A stretch of 64,000 nt of DNA, taken from assembly GCA_001874265.1 (NCBI GenBank), contig MPDD01000006.1, forward strand, positions 31,778-95,777, given 5' to 3'. The stretch is from Bacteroidetes bacterium MedPE-SWsnd-G1 (lineage in GTDB: Bacteria > Bacteroidota > Bacteroidia > Flavobacteriales > Flavobacteriaceae). The first letter of the stretch is position 1. Every line of letters begins with the position of its first letter. This document shows positions 1-8,557 of the stretch, one piece after another. Both the position numbers and the translations under genes were made by a program. The notes below the pieces were generated by a model. That model was not told where the DNA came from. It was given only the letters and a program-made list of their open reading frames with translations, and did not search any database.

Positions 1-1110
1 TGTCTTTTGCTTTCTAACCAATCTCCTTCATATCTATCCATGTTTTCATAAATTATAATTACTTTCCCATGTCCATAGTCATTTAGCCAATCTCCATCAT
101 ATATATCTCCGTTTACGAATAAATAGGTTCCTTTTCCATGTTTTTTGTTTTCTAACCAATCTCCTTCATATTTTGCACCGTTTGCAGCGGTAAGGGTTCC
201 GAAACCATTACGTTTGTTATCTAACCAGTCTCCTTCATATTCAGCACCACTTGCAAATGTAAGAGTTCCGTACCCATTATGCTTGTTGTCTAACCAATCT
301 CCTTCATATTTATCTCCGTTTGCGTATAAAAAGGTTCCTAATCCGCTAAAATTGTTTTCTAATAAATCTCCTTCATATTTTGCACCATTTACATATGTTT
401 TAGTTCCTTTTCCATGTGCATAACCATTTAACCAATCTCCTTCATACCTATCCCCGTTTTCATAAATAATAATTCCTTTTCCATGTCTTTTGTTATCTAA
501 CCAATCTCCTTCATATTTATCTCCGTTTGCGTATAAAAAGGTTCCTATTCCACTAAAATTGTCCTCTAATAAATCTCCTTCATATTTTGCACCGTTTGCA
601 TATGTATTAGTTCCTTTTCCATGCGCATAATTATTTAACCAATCTCCTTTATATGAACCTCCGTTTGCGTATAAATAGGTTCCTTTTCCATGTCGGTTAC
701 CATCTAACCAATCTCCTTCATATTTATCTCCGTTTGCATATGTGAAGGTTCCTTTTCCGTTTCTTTTGCCATCTACCCAATCTCCTTTATATGAATTTCC
801 GCTTGCATATGTGTAGGTTCCGTATCCATTTTTTTTGCCATTTAAAAAATCACCGTCATAAGAACTACTATCATCATATATTTTGATCCCTTTTCCGTTG
901 AAACTATTATATGACCAATCTCCTGCAAGTTTTCCACCGTTTCGAAATTTTAAGGTTCCTTTTCCATGTCGGTTACCATCTAACCAATCACCCTCATAGG
1001 TGTCGCCACTTGTATATTTGTAGGTTCCTTTTCCGTTTCTTTTGCTATCTAAAAAATGACCTTCATATCTCCCCTCCCCATAATAAATTTTAATTCCTTT
1101 ACCATTTATG
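1..1110. repeat. Coding tandem repeat, 69-nt period (MORN units), with a 207-nt higher-order duplication
   Basis: Recurring 'aaccaatctccttcata' motif at ~69-nt spacing; blocks starting at 291 and 498 are near-identical. Confidence 0.9.
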
Positions 1111-1220
1111 CAATCGCCTTCTATACAGCCAGTTGTTTCAGAACTGACTTGTGCGTATACTTGTTGCATTGAAAAAAAAACGAATAATGTAATAATGAAT
1201 TTTAGGGAAATTGATTTCAT
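1..1220 (-). CDS. Secreted MORN-repeat protein (3' end runs off the window; not in the ORF track)
   Basis: Manual minus-strand translation from ATG at 1220: MKSISLKFIITLFVFFSMQQVYAQ (signal peptide), GCIEGDCINGKG, then ~16 23-aa repeats such as YEGDWLDNKRHGKGIIIYENGDR; no stop seen before base 1. Confidence 0.92.
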   Translation of the reverse strand, partial: MKSISLKFIITLFVFFSMQQVYAQVSSETTGCIEGDCINGKGIKIYYGEGRYEGHFLDSKRNGKGTYKYTSGDTYEGDWLDGNRHGKGTLKFRNGGKLAGDWSYNSFNGKGIKIYDDSSSYDGDFLNGKKNGYGTYTYASGNSYKGDWVDGKRNGKGTFTYANGDKYEGDWLDGNRHGKGTYLYANGGSYKGDWLNNYAHGKGTNTYANGAKYEGDLLEDNFSGIGTFLYANGDKYEGDWLDNKRHGKGIIIYENGDRYEGDWLNGYAHGKGTKTYVNGAKYEGDLLENNFSGLGTFLYANGDKYEGDWLDNKHNGYGTLTFASGAEYEGDWLDNKRNGFGTLTAANGAKYEGDWLENKKHGKGTYLFVNGDIYDGDWLNDYGHGKVIIIYENMDRYEGDWLESKR

Positions 1221-1363
1221 TGAAAAGCGTAATATGTAGTAAAAAGTAAAACTTATAATAGATTATAAAAGGTATTCCTTAAAACAAATATAAGATTATA
1301 TTTTGATAGCAATACTTTAATAAAAAGAAACAAAAATACTATCTTGCATTAAATATCTTTTAA

Positions 1364-1591
1364 GTGAAATTGATAAATTCTATCCGCCATTTTTTCGAAC
1401 GCCATGGATTCGCAGTTTCTTCTAGATTTGCAGATAAATTAGGAATGCGTGCGACCCACGTGCGTTTATTTTTTATTTACATTTCCTTTGTAACAGTGGG
1501 TTTATCATTTGCCTTGTACTTAACATTGGCATTTTTATTGAAATTAAAAGATATGATTTATACCAAAAGAAGTTCTGTTTTTGATTTGTAA
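1364..1591 (+). CDS. PspC-domain small membrane protein
   Basis: 75 aa, FAVSSRFADKLGMRATHVRLFFIY followed by a TM segment, PspC-like; GTG start. Confidence 0.75.
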   Translation: MKLINSIRHFFERHGFAVSSRFADKLGMRATHVRLFFIYISFVTVGLSFALYLTLAFLLKLKDMIYTKRSSVFDL

Positions 1592-1594
1592 TAT

Positions 1595-2590
1595 ATGGAT
1601 GTAAAAAAGAAACTTTATGCGGCAGTAGGGCTTTTATTTATTGTACTATCAATTGGTGTTTCGGGGTATATGATTATCTCTGGAGATAATTTTATTGATG
1701 CCTTGTACATGACTGTAATTACAGTTTCTACTGTAGGTTTTGGGTTGATTCACCCGTTATCTATAGAGGCAAAAATTTTCACAATCGGTCTTATATTTTT
1801 AAGCGTATTCTTGTATGGATATGTTTTAAAAGTAATTTCAGAAAACATCGCAATTGGTACTTTTTTTAAAGAATTAAAACATAAAAACATGCAAAAGAAA
1901 ATTGACAATTTAGTTGGGCATACAGTTGTTTGTGGGTATGGTAGAAATGGGCAGCAGGCTGTTACAAAATTGAAAAAGTTTAATCAAACATGTGTAGTTA
2001 TAGAGCAAGGTGATGATAAACTTTTACAGTTAGAGCAGGAGGAAGTTTTATATATAAAAGGAGATGCTACCGATGATGATGTTTTGGAGGCATCGGGAAT
2101 AGAGAAAGCAAAATGTTTAATTGTGGCTTTACCTTCAGACGCAGACAACTTATTTGTTGTTTTGTCTGCTAGGCAATTAAATAAAAAGATAACAATAATT
2201 AGTAGGGCATCTGAAGAGTCTACATATAAAAAATTAAAAATTGCGGGTGCGGATAATGTAATTATGCCAGATAAGTTAGGTGGAGATCATATGGCATCAT
2301 TGGTGGTAACACCAGATATTATTGAATTTGTTGATATGCTCTCAATGGAAGGAGAGTTATCGGCTAACCTACAGGAAGTATTGGTAGATAATCTTCCATC
2401 GAGTTATCTGAAGAAATCAATTAGAGATTTAGACTTAAGAAAAAAAACAGGTTGTTCTGTTATTGGATTTAAAAATGGGAATAATGATTATATCGTTAAT
2501 CCAGAAGCAGACATAACTCTTGATAAAGGTTCTAAATTAATTGTGCTTGGTAGACCTGAACAAGTAGAAAAATTAAAATCTTTGTATTAA
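1595..2590 (+). CDS. Potassium channel protein with TrkA-N/TrkA-C (RCK) domains
   Basis: TVSTVGFG pore motif, VCGYGRNG nucleotide-binding motif, C-terminal TrkA-C. Confidence 0.9.
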   Translation: MDVKKKLYAAVGLLFIVLSIGVSGYMIISGDNFIDALYMTVITVSTVGFGLIHPLSIEAKIFTIGLIFLSVFLYGYVLKVISENIAIGTFFKELKHKNMQKKIDNLVGHTVVCGYGRNGQQAVTKLKKFNQTCVVIEQGDDKLLQLEQEEVLYIKGDATDDDVLEASGIEKAKCLIVALPSDADNLFVVLSARQLNKKITIISRASEESTYKKLKIAGADNVIMPDKLGGDHMASLVVTPDIIEFVDMLSMEGELSANLQEVLVDNLPSSYLKKSIRDLDLRKKTGCSVIGFKNGNNDYIVNPEADITLDKGSKLIVLGRPEQVEKLKSLY

Positions 2591-2678
2591 GTATTTGTTA
2601 AAATATTTTGATGATACCTTAAAATTTTAGGATATTGCGAGCAATTACTAACGAAATTATAATTTCCATTTAAATATT

Positions 2679-4304
2679 ATGTATAGAAAACTTTTAACGC
2701 TACTTTTTGCAGTAGTTCCGACCCTAATTTTTGCTCAAGATAAAGGATTAGATGAAAAAATTAATGATTGGTTCATGCCAATAGCAGTTGCTTGGGAAGG
2801 ATTCATTCTTTCAACAGTTCCTTTTGGAGAATATAATATTCCGGTAGTAGTTATTTTATTAGTACTTGGAGCCTTGTTTTTTACAGTTTATTTTAAATTT
2901 CCAAGTATTACTAAGTTTCCTATGGCTATTAATACAGTTAGAGGAAAATATGACGAGTTAGATCATCATGAATCTGGTGATGACCATACAGGAATGTCTA
3001 TTGATGGTGACGTTATCGGAACAATTAAAGATGAAAGTCAAGAAGGAGAAGTTTCGCATTTTCAAGCATTGGCAACAGCAGTTTCTGGAACCGTTGGTTT
3101 AGGAAATATTGCTGGTGTTGCTGTAGCAATTGCCTTAGGAGGTCCTGGAGCAACATTCTGGATGATTGTTTGTGGTTTGCTTGGAATGGCTACAAAATTT
3201 GTTGAGTGTACATTAGGTGTAAAATACAGAGATGTTGATGCTGATGGAACGGTTCATGGAGGTCCAATGTATTATTTAAGTAAAGGTTTAAAAGAAAGAG
3301 GATTTACCGTTATAGGAAAAATATTAGCGATTGTATTCGCAGTTTTATGTGTTGGAGCTTCTTTTGGAGGAGGTAATGCATTTCAATCTAATCAAGCAGC
3401 AGTGCAACTAAGTTCTCTGTTTAATTTAGAAGGAGGAAATACAGGAGTAATTATCGGTGTTATAATGGCTATTTTAGTGGCAATTGTAATTATTGGAGGT
3501 ATTAAAAGAATTGCAAAAATTACGGAGAAAATTGTTCCGTTTATGGCTGGAATTTATGTGTTAGCTTCTTTAATAATTATTTTTGCAAATATAAGTTATG
3601 TAGATGATGCTTTCGGATTGATTATGAATGGAGCATTTACTCCTATGGCAGGTCTTGGAGGCTTTGTTGGAGTATTGATTGTTGGTTTTCAAAGAGCAGC
3701 ATTTTCAAACGAAGCAGGTGCAGGTTCAGCAGCAATTGCGCATTCAGCGGTTAAGACGAAGTATCCGGCATCTGAAGGAGTAGTTGCTTTATTAGAGCCA
3801 TTTATTGATACAGTTGTAATTTGTACAATGACTGCTTTGGTTATTATTTTCTTTAATATTAACGGAACGGATATGCAGAGCGTCTTTGCTTATGGTGGTG
3901 ATGGAAATAGTAACGTGATTTTAAACGCTACAGGAGAAGCAATAGGAGGGGTAGATTTAACATCTCAGGCATTTGATTCTGTTATTCCTGGATTCTCATA
4001 TATTTTAACAATCGCAATTGTTTTATTTGCATTTTCTACAATGATTTCTTGGTCTTACTACGGGTTACAATCTTGGAAGTATTTATTCGGAAAAGGAAAA
4101 GCGGCGGATTTAACATATAAAATTTTATTTTTATTATTTGTGGTAATTGGTGCGGCTACAACTTTAGATGCAGTTGTTAAGTTCTCAGATGCCATGATTT
4201 TAGCACTGGTATTCCCTAATATGATTGGACTATTCTTCTTATTCCCTAAGGTGAGAGAAGAAATGGTTAAATATGTAGATGCTATTAAAGGAATGAAGGC
4301 GTAA
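2679..4304 (+). CDS. Alanine/glycine:cation symporter (AGCS family)
   Basis: GTVGLGNIAGVA, GGPGATFWM, GGPMYY and FSNEAGAGSA motifs. Confidence 0.93.
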   Translation: MYRKLLTLLFAVVPTLIFAQDKGLDEKINDWFMPIAVAWEGFILSTVPFGEYNIPVVVILLVLGALFFTVYFKFPSITKFPMAINTVRGKYDELDHHESGDDHTGMSIDGDVIGTIKDESQEGEVSHFQALATAVSGTVGLGNIAGVAVAIALGGPGATFWMIVCGLLGMATKFVECTLGVKYRDVDADGTVHGGPMYYLSKGLKERGFTVIGKILAIVFAVLCVGASFGGGNAFQSNQAAVQLSSLFNLEGGNTGVIIGVIMAILVAIVIIGGIKRIAKITEKIVPFMAGIYVLASLIIIFANISYVDDAFGLIMNGAFTPMAGLGGFVGVLIVGFQRAAFSNEAGAGSAAIAHSAVKTKYPASEGVVALLEPFIDTVVICTMTALVIIFFNINGTDMQSVFAYGGDGNSNVILNATGEAIGGVDLTSQAFDSVIPGFSYILTIAIVLFAFSTMISWSYYGLQSWKYLFGKGKAADLTYKILFLLFVVIGAATTLDAVVKFSDAMILALVFPNMIGLFFLFPKVREEMVKYVDAIKGMKA

Positions 4305-4316
4305 ACACCCTTTTTT

Positions 4317-5213
4317 ATGAAAAAATTAAAATCCCATTTTTGGTATAACAAACGCCAACGAAATGGGATTTTCTTTTTGTTGATATTAATCGTTGTTGTT
4401 CAATTTTTTTATTGGTTTTGGTTTCCTAATTATATAGGCTCTAAAACTTATGAAGTATCTCATACAGATCAAGTAAATATTGAAAAGTTCCAGAAGGAGT
4501 TAGATTCTTTAGAAAAGGAATCTATAGCAGTATCAAAGCCTAAAATTTTTCCATTCAATCCAAGTTTTATTACTGATTTTAAAGGATATCAAATAGGGAT
4601 GTCAACCGATGAGATTGATCGCCTTTTGGCTTTTAGGGCTAAAGGAGAATACATAAATTCAACGGAGCAGTTTCAGGAAGTAACTAAAATTTCAGATAGT
4701 TTATTGGCAGAGATTTCTCCATATTTTAAATTTCCGGAATGGGTAAATAAGCAGAAAACACAAAAGAAGTATAGACCAAGTGTAACAAAGTATGAAGTTA
4801 ACCACCCAATTGTTAAGCAAGATTTGAATGTAGCAACAGAAGAAGATTTTATTAAAATTTATGGTATAGGGGAAACCTTATCTAATAGAATTGTAAAATT
4901 TAGAAATTCTATAGGTGGGTTTATGAACGATGATCAACTTAGTGAAGTTTATGGTTTAAAGCCTGAAGTAGTGTTGGAAGTTTTAAAAAAGTACACGGTA
5001 CTTTCAAAACCAATAATTGCACCTTTAAACATTAATGCAGCAACTTTTAAGGAAGTATTGCGACTTCCATACATAGATTATGAATTGACCAAACTAATAT
5101 TTGATTATAGAGATGAGGTTGCAGAAATTCAAGACTTAGAAGAGTTAAAAAATATAGAAGGATTTCCTTTGGAGTTGTTCGATAGAATCGCCGTATATTT
5201 GGAAGCTAAATAA
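4317..5213 (+). CDS. ComEA-family helix-hairpin-helix DNA-binding membrane protein
   Basis: N-terminal TM; repeated HhH units (DLNVATEEDFIKIYGIGETLS, LNINAATFKEVLRLPYI). Confidence 0.85.
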   Translation: MKKLKSHFWYNKRQRNGIFFLLILIVVVQFFYWFWFPNYIGSKTYEVSHTDQVNIEKFQKELDSLEKESIAVSKPKIFPFNPSFITDFKGYQIGMSTDEIDRLLAFRAKGEYINSTEQFQEVTKISDSLLAEISPYFKFPEWVNKQKTQKKYRPSVTKYEVNHPIVKQDLNVATEEDFIKIYGIGETLSNRIVKFRNSIGGFMNDDQLSEVYGLKPEVVLEVLKKYTVLSKPIIAPLNINAATFKEVLRLPYIDYELTKLIFDYRDEVAEIQDLEELKNIEGFPLELFDRIAVYLEAK

Positions 5214-5229
5214 ATGATGAAAATTGAAA

Positions 5230-6396
5230 ATGAATAGCATGTATTTTACGGAAGAACATAATGTCTTTAGGCAAAGTTTTAAAGATTTCTTGCAGAAAGA
5301 GGTCGTTCCGCATATTGATAAATGGGAAAAAACAGGAACTATAGATAGGTTTATTTGGAAGAAGTTTGGAGAGATGGGCTATTTCGGTGTGAATTATCCA
5401 GAGGCTTATGGAGGGTTGAATTTAGATTTGTTTTATACTGTTATTTTTTTAGAAGAATTACAGAAGATTAACTCGGGTGGATTTGCTGCAGCAATGTGGG
5501 CCCATGTTTTTTTAGCAATGACTCATATTAGTAAGGAGGGGTCTGAAGAGATTAAGAGAAATTATTTAACTCCAAGTATAGAAGGAGATAAAATAGGATG
5601 TTTGTGTATTACTGAACCTTTTGCTGGATCTGATGTTTCAGGAATGAGAACGACCGCTGTAAAAGTTGATGATACCTATGTGTTAAATGGATCTAAAACG
5701 TTTATTACCAATGGTGTGTATTCTGATTATTTAGTAGTTGCTGCAAAAACGAGTCCTGAGTTGAAAGGTAAAGGAATTAGTCTTTTTGTAGTGGATAGAA
5801 ATACACCTGGTTTGTCTGCAACTAAATTAGATAAACTAGGTTGGAAAGCATCAGATACTGGAGAAATAGCATTTGATAATGTTGTAATCCCTGCAAGTAA
5901 TTTATTAGGTGAAGAAGATAAAGGATTTCCTTATATAATGCAACATTTTGCATTAGAGCGATTAGTAATGGGTGTAAACGGGCATGCGAGAGCAGAATTT
6001 GCCTTGGAGTACGCAGTAAATTACATGGCGGAAAGGCATGCCTTTGGACAATCATTAGATAAATTTCAAGCATTGAGGCATTCGGTAGCAGAAATGGCTA
6101 GTGAAATAGAAATGAATAAAGAGTTTAATTATTCAATAACCAAAAGAATGGAGCTTGGGCAATATGTCGTAAAAGAGGCAAGTATGTCTAAATTAAATTC
6201 GACAAAATTGGCAGATAAAGTAATCTATAATTGTTTGCAGATTTTAGGAGGATATGGATATATTGAAGATTATCCAATGGCTAGGATGCTGCGCGATAGT
6301 AGATTAGGTCCGATAGGTGGTGGTACTTCTGAAATATTAAAAGAAGTAATTGCAAAAATGATTATAGATAAAAAAGAGTATAAACCAGCAACGTAA
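5230..6396 (+). CDS. Acyl-CoA dehydrogenase
   Basis: CITEPFAGSD, LNGSKTFITNG, QILGGYGY, IGGGTSEI motifs; ATG at 5230 preferred over TTG at 5224. Confidence 0.93.
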   Translation: MNSMYFTEEHNVFRQSFKDFLQKEVVPHIDKWEKTGTIDRFIWKKFGEMGYFGVNYPEAYGGLNLDLFYTVIFLEELQKINSGGFAAAMWAHVFLAMTHISKEGSEEIKRNYLTPSIEGDKIGCLCITEPFAGSDVSGMRTTAVKVDDTYVLNGSKTFITNGVYSDYLVVAAKTSPELKGKGISLFVVDRNTPGLSATKLDKLGWKASDTGEIAFDNVVIPASNLLGEEDKGFPYIMQHFALERLVMGVNGHARAEFALEYAVNYMAERHAFGQSLDKFQALRHSVAEMASEIEMNKEFNYSITKRMELGQYVVKEASMSKLNSTKLADKVIYNCLQILGGYGYIEDYPMARMLRDSRLGPIGGGTSEILKEVIAKMIIDKKEYKPAT

Positions 6397-6415
6397 ATAA
6401 TTTTATAAAATTTAA

Positions 6416-6445
6416 TTGCTAGTTGTTAAATAGTTTTTATCTTTG
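6416..6445 (+). promoter_or_regulatory. Bacteroidota housekeeping promoter for rpsU (-33/-7)
   Basis: TTG(6416)-N19-TATCTTTG(6438-6445), exact consensus. Confidence 0.85.
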
Positions 6446-6472
6446 CGCCACCCTAAAAAAATAGGAGAACTA

Positions 6473-6482
6473 AGAAAGGAGG
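6473..6482 (+). promoter_or_regulatory. Extended Shine-Dalgarno of rpsU
   Basis: AGAAAGGAGG 9 nt before the ATG at 6492. Confidence 0.85.
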
Positions 6483-6491
6483 AACCAAGTT

Positions 6492-6689
6492 ATGTTGATA
6501 ATACCAGTAAAAGACGGAGAGAACATAGATAGAGCGTTAAAACGTTTTAAGAGAAAATTTGACCGTACAAAGACAATGAAGAATTTGCGTAATAGAAAGC
6601 ATTTCACAAAGCCTTCTGTAGAGAAAAGAGCGCAAAACATTAAAGCAGCTTATGTTCAGAGATTAAGAACACAAGAAGAGCAAGGATAA
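6492..6689 (+). CDS. rpsU: 30S ribosomal protein S21
   Basis: MLIIPVKDGENIDRALKRFKRKF...FTKPSV. Confidence 0.97.
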   Translation: MLIIPVKDGENIDRALKRFKRKFDRTKTMKNLRNRKHFTKPSVEKRAQNIKAAYVQRLRTQEEQG

Positions 6690-6710
6690 TGTTTCTTTCA
6701 TATAAAAATT

Positions 6711-6753
6711 AATCCGTTAGAATTTGTAAATTTGTTTTCTAACGGATTTTTTT
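6711..6753 (+). terminator. Intrinsic terminator after rpsU
   Basis: aatccgttagaa / ttctaacggatt stem followed by a T-tract. Confidence 0.7.
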
Positions 6754-7641
6754 ATGCCTATAAAATCGTTTTTAGAATATTTATCATTCGAAAAAAAATA
6801 TTCGACACACACTATAACCGCCTATAAAAACGATTTATCTACCTTTCAGCAATTTTGCAATAAAGAGTTTGATAATTTAAACATTGTTGATGTAAACTAC
6901 TCTCAAGTAAGATCTTGGATTGTGAGTCTTGTGGATTCAGGCGTTTCTAACAGGTCTATTAATAGGAAGGTAAGTAGCTTAAAATCCTTTTATAAGTTTT
7001 TACAAAAGATTCAACAGATTAAAGAGAATCCGATTGCAAAACATCAAACTCTAAAAGTAGCTAAAAGAGTGCAGGTTCCGTTTTCTGAGAAGGAAATCAA
7101 AGAAGTTATTGCCTTGTTGAATTCGGGAAATGATTACAAGTCTGTACGTGATCGGTTAATTGTTGAGTTACTATATTCAACAGGAATGCGAAGAAACGAA
7201 TTGATTCAGATTAAGTTAAGTGATGTGAACTTGTCAAATGGCACTTTAAAAGTATTAGGTAAAAGAAATAAAGAACGATTTATTCCTTTATTAAAATCTG
7301 TTCAAAACTCTCTGCAAGAATATATAATAATAAGGTCGGAATTGAACCCGTCAATTGACTATCTATTTTTTACGGATAAACAAAATAAATTGTATCCCAC
7401 ACTTGTTTATAGAATAATAAATGAGTATTTTAGTACGGTGTCAACGAAGGTTAAAAAAAGCCCTCACGTTCTTCGGCATTCTTTTGCAACTCATTTGTTA
7501 AATGAGGGTGCAGATTTAAATTCAGTGAAAGAACTGTTGGGGCACTCTAGTTTAGCTTCAACACAGGTATATACCCATAGTAGTTTGGGTACGTTAAAAG
7601 AAGTGTATAACCGAGCTCATCCTAGGAGCGCAAAAAAATGA
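6754..7641 (+). CDS. xerC: Chromosomal tyrosine recombinase XerC/XerD family
   Basis: LYSTGMRRNE, GKRNKER, HVLRHSFATHLL, LLGHSSLASTQVYTH; rpsU-xerC-hpf synteny. Confidence 0.88.
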   Translation: MPIKSFLEYLSFEKKYSTHTITAYKNDLSTFQQFCNKEFDNLNIVDVNYSQVRSWIVSLVDSGVSNRSINRKVSSLKSFYKFLQKIQQIKENPIAKHQTLKVAKRVQVPFSEKEIKEVIALLNSGNDYKSVRDRLIVELLYSTGMRRNELIQIKLSDVNLSNGTLKVLGKRNKERFIPLLKSVQNSLQEYIIIRSELNPSIDYLFFTDKQNKLYPTLVYRIINEYFSTVSTKVKKSPHVLRHSFATHLLNEGADLNSVKELLGHSSLASTQVYTHSSLGTLKEVYNRAHPRSAKK

Positions 7642-7647
7642 TTATTT

Positions 7648-7953
7648 ATGAAGGTATTTGTTCAGTCGGTAAATTTTAATGCTGACAAAGATTTGGTAGA
7701 ATTTGTAGAGAAGAAGGTTTCAACATTAGAAAAGTATTATGATAGAATTGTAGATGCAGAAGTGTTTTTAAAAGTACAGCAAACAAGTGAAAAAGAAAAT
7801 AAGACAGTAGATGTTAAAATTAATGTGCCAGGTGACGATATAATCGTAAAAAAGGTTTGTAAAACATTTGAAGAAGGAATTTCTTTATGTACAGATACCC
7901 TTAAAAGACAGTTAAACAAGCGTAAAGAAAAACAACGTGCACATCACGTGTAA
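7648..7953 (+). CDS. hpf: Ribosome hibernation factor HPF/RaiA
   Basis: 101 aa S30AE-like sequence; typical position after xerC. Confidence 0.88.
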   Translation: MKVFVQSVNFNADKDLVEFVEKKVSTLEKYYDRIVDAEVFLKVQQTSEKENKTVDVKINVPGDDIIVKKVCKTFEEGISLCTDTLKRQLNKRKEKQRAHHV

Positions 7954-7980
7954 AAAAAGTAAAAAAAAACGAAAAAAGTT

Positions 7981-8010
7981 TTGCGTAAAAAAGAAAACTT
8001 TATACCTTTG
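7981..8010 (+). promoter_or_regulatory. Promoter of the tRNA-tuf operon
   Basis: TTG(7981)-N19-TACCTTTG(8003-8010). Confidence 0.85.
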
Positions 8011-8041
8011 CAGTCCGTTAGAAATAGCGGGCTGTTTTTTT
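8011..8041 (+). terminator. Terminator-like hairpin overlapping the tRNA promoter start site
   Basis: cagtccgtta-GAAA-tagcgggctg followed by T7. Confidence 0.6.
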
Positions 8042-8051
8042 AGCAGAAAAA

Positions 8052-8128
8052 GCCGATGTAGCTCAGCTGGCTAGAGCAGCTGATTTGTAATCAGCAGGTC
8101 GTGGGTTCGAGTCCCTCCATCGGCTCCA
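8052..8128 (+). tRNA. tRNA-Thr(TGT)
   Basis: GCCGATG acceptor, anticodon loop TT-TGT-AA, GTTCGAGTC T-loop, encoded CCA. Confidence 0.96.
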
Positions 8129-8199
8129 AAATTAGAGATTAAGCTCCACAAAAAGGGCTTAATTTTTTTGAAAAGAAATTGAATATTGTATTCAATTTT

Positions 8200-8212
8200 T
8201 GTTCTTTGAAAA
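8200..8212 (+). promoter_or_regulatory. boxA-like antitermination element
   Basis: TGTTCTTTGAAAA immediately after a perfect 10-bp hairpin (8176-8198). Confidence 0.55.
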
Positions 8213-8216
8213 TAAT

Positions 8217-8297
<81 letters not shown>

Positions 8298-8340
8298 CAA
8301 TATTTTAGTCAGAATCCTTTGGAGGATTGGATAAAAAAAA

Positions 8341-8413
8341 GCGAAAGTAGCTCAGTTGGTAGAGCGTCAGCCTTCCAAGCTGAATGTCGCCGGTTCGAAC
8401 CCGGTCTTTCGCT
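8341..8413 (+). tRNA. tRNA-Gly(TCC)
   Basis: GCGAAAG acceptor, CT-TCC-AA loop, GGTTCGAAC. Confidence 0.96.
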
Positions 8414-8424
8414 CAAATTTTTTA

Positions 8425-8496
8425 GCCGGTGTAGCTCAGGGGTAGAGCGTTTCCTTGGTAAGGAAGAGGTCACGGGTTCAATTCCCGTCATTGGCT
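8425..8496 (+). tRNA. tRNA-Thr(GGT)
   Basis: GCCGGTG acceptor, TT-GGT-AA loop, GGTTCAATTCC. Confidence 0.96.
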
Positions 8497-8557
8497 CAAA
8501 TATGTAAAGTTTGAACACTAAATTATATATATAACTAAGAATTAAAAATTAATAATC

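Noticed and set aside
145-1093. Plus-strand ORFs 145..423 and 911..1093
   Set aside because: Antisense shadows of the MORN-repeat gene on the minus strand
1-1110. Regularly spaced repeats as a possible CRISPR array or DGR template
   Set aside because: Period is 69 nt, the repeats are degenerate and translate as in-frame MORN units; no cas or reverse transcriptase gene is present
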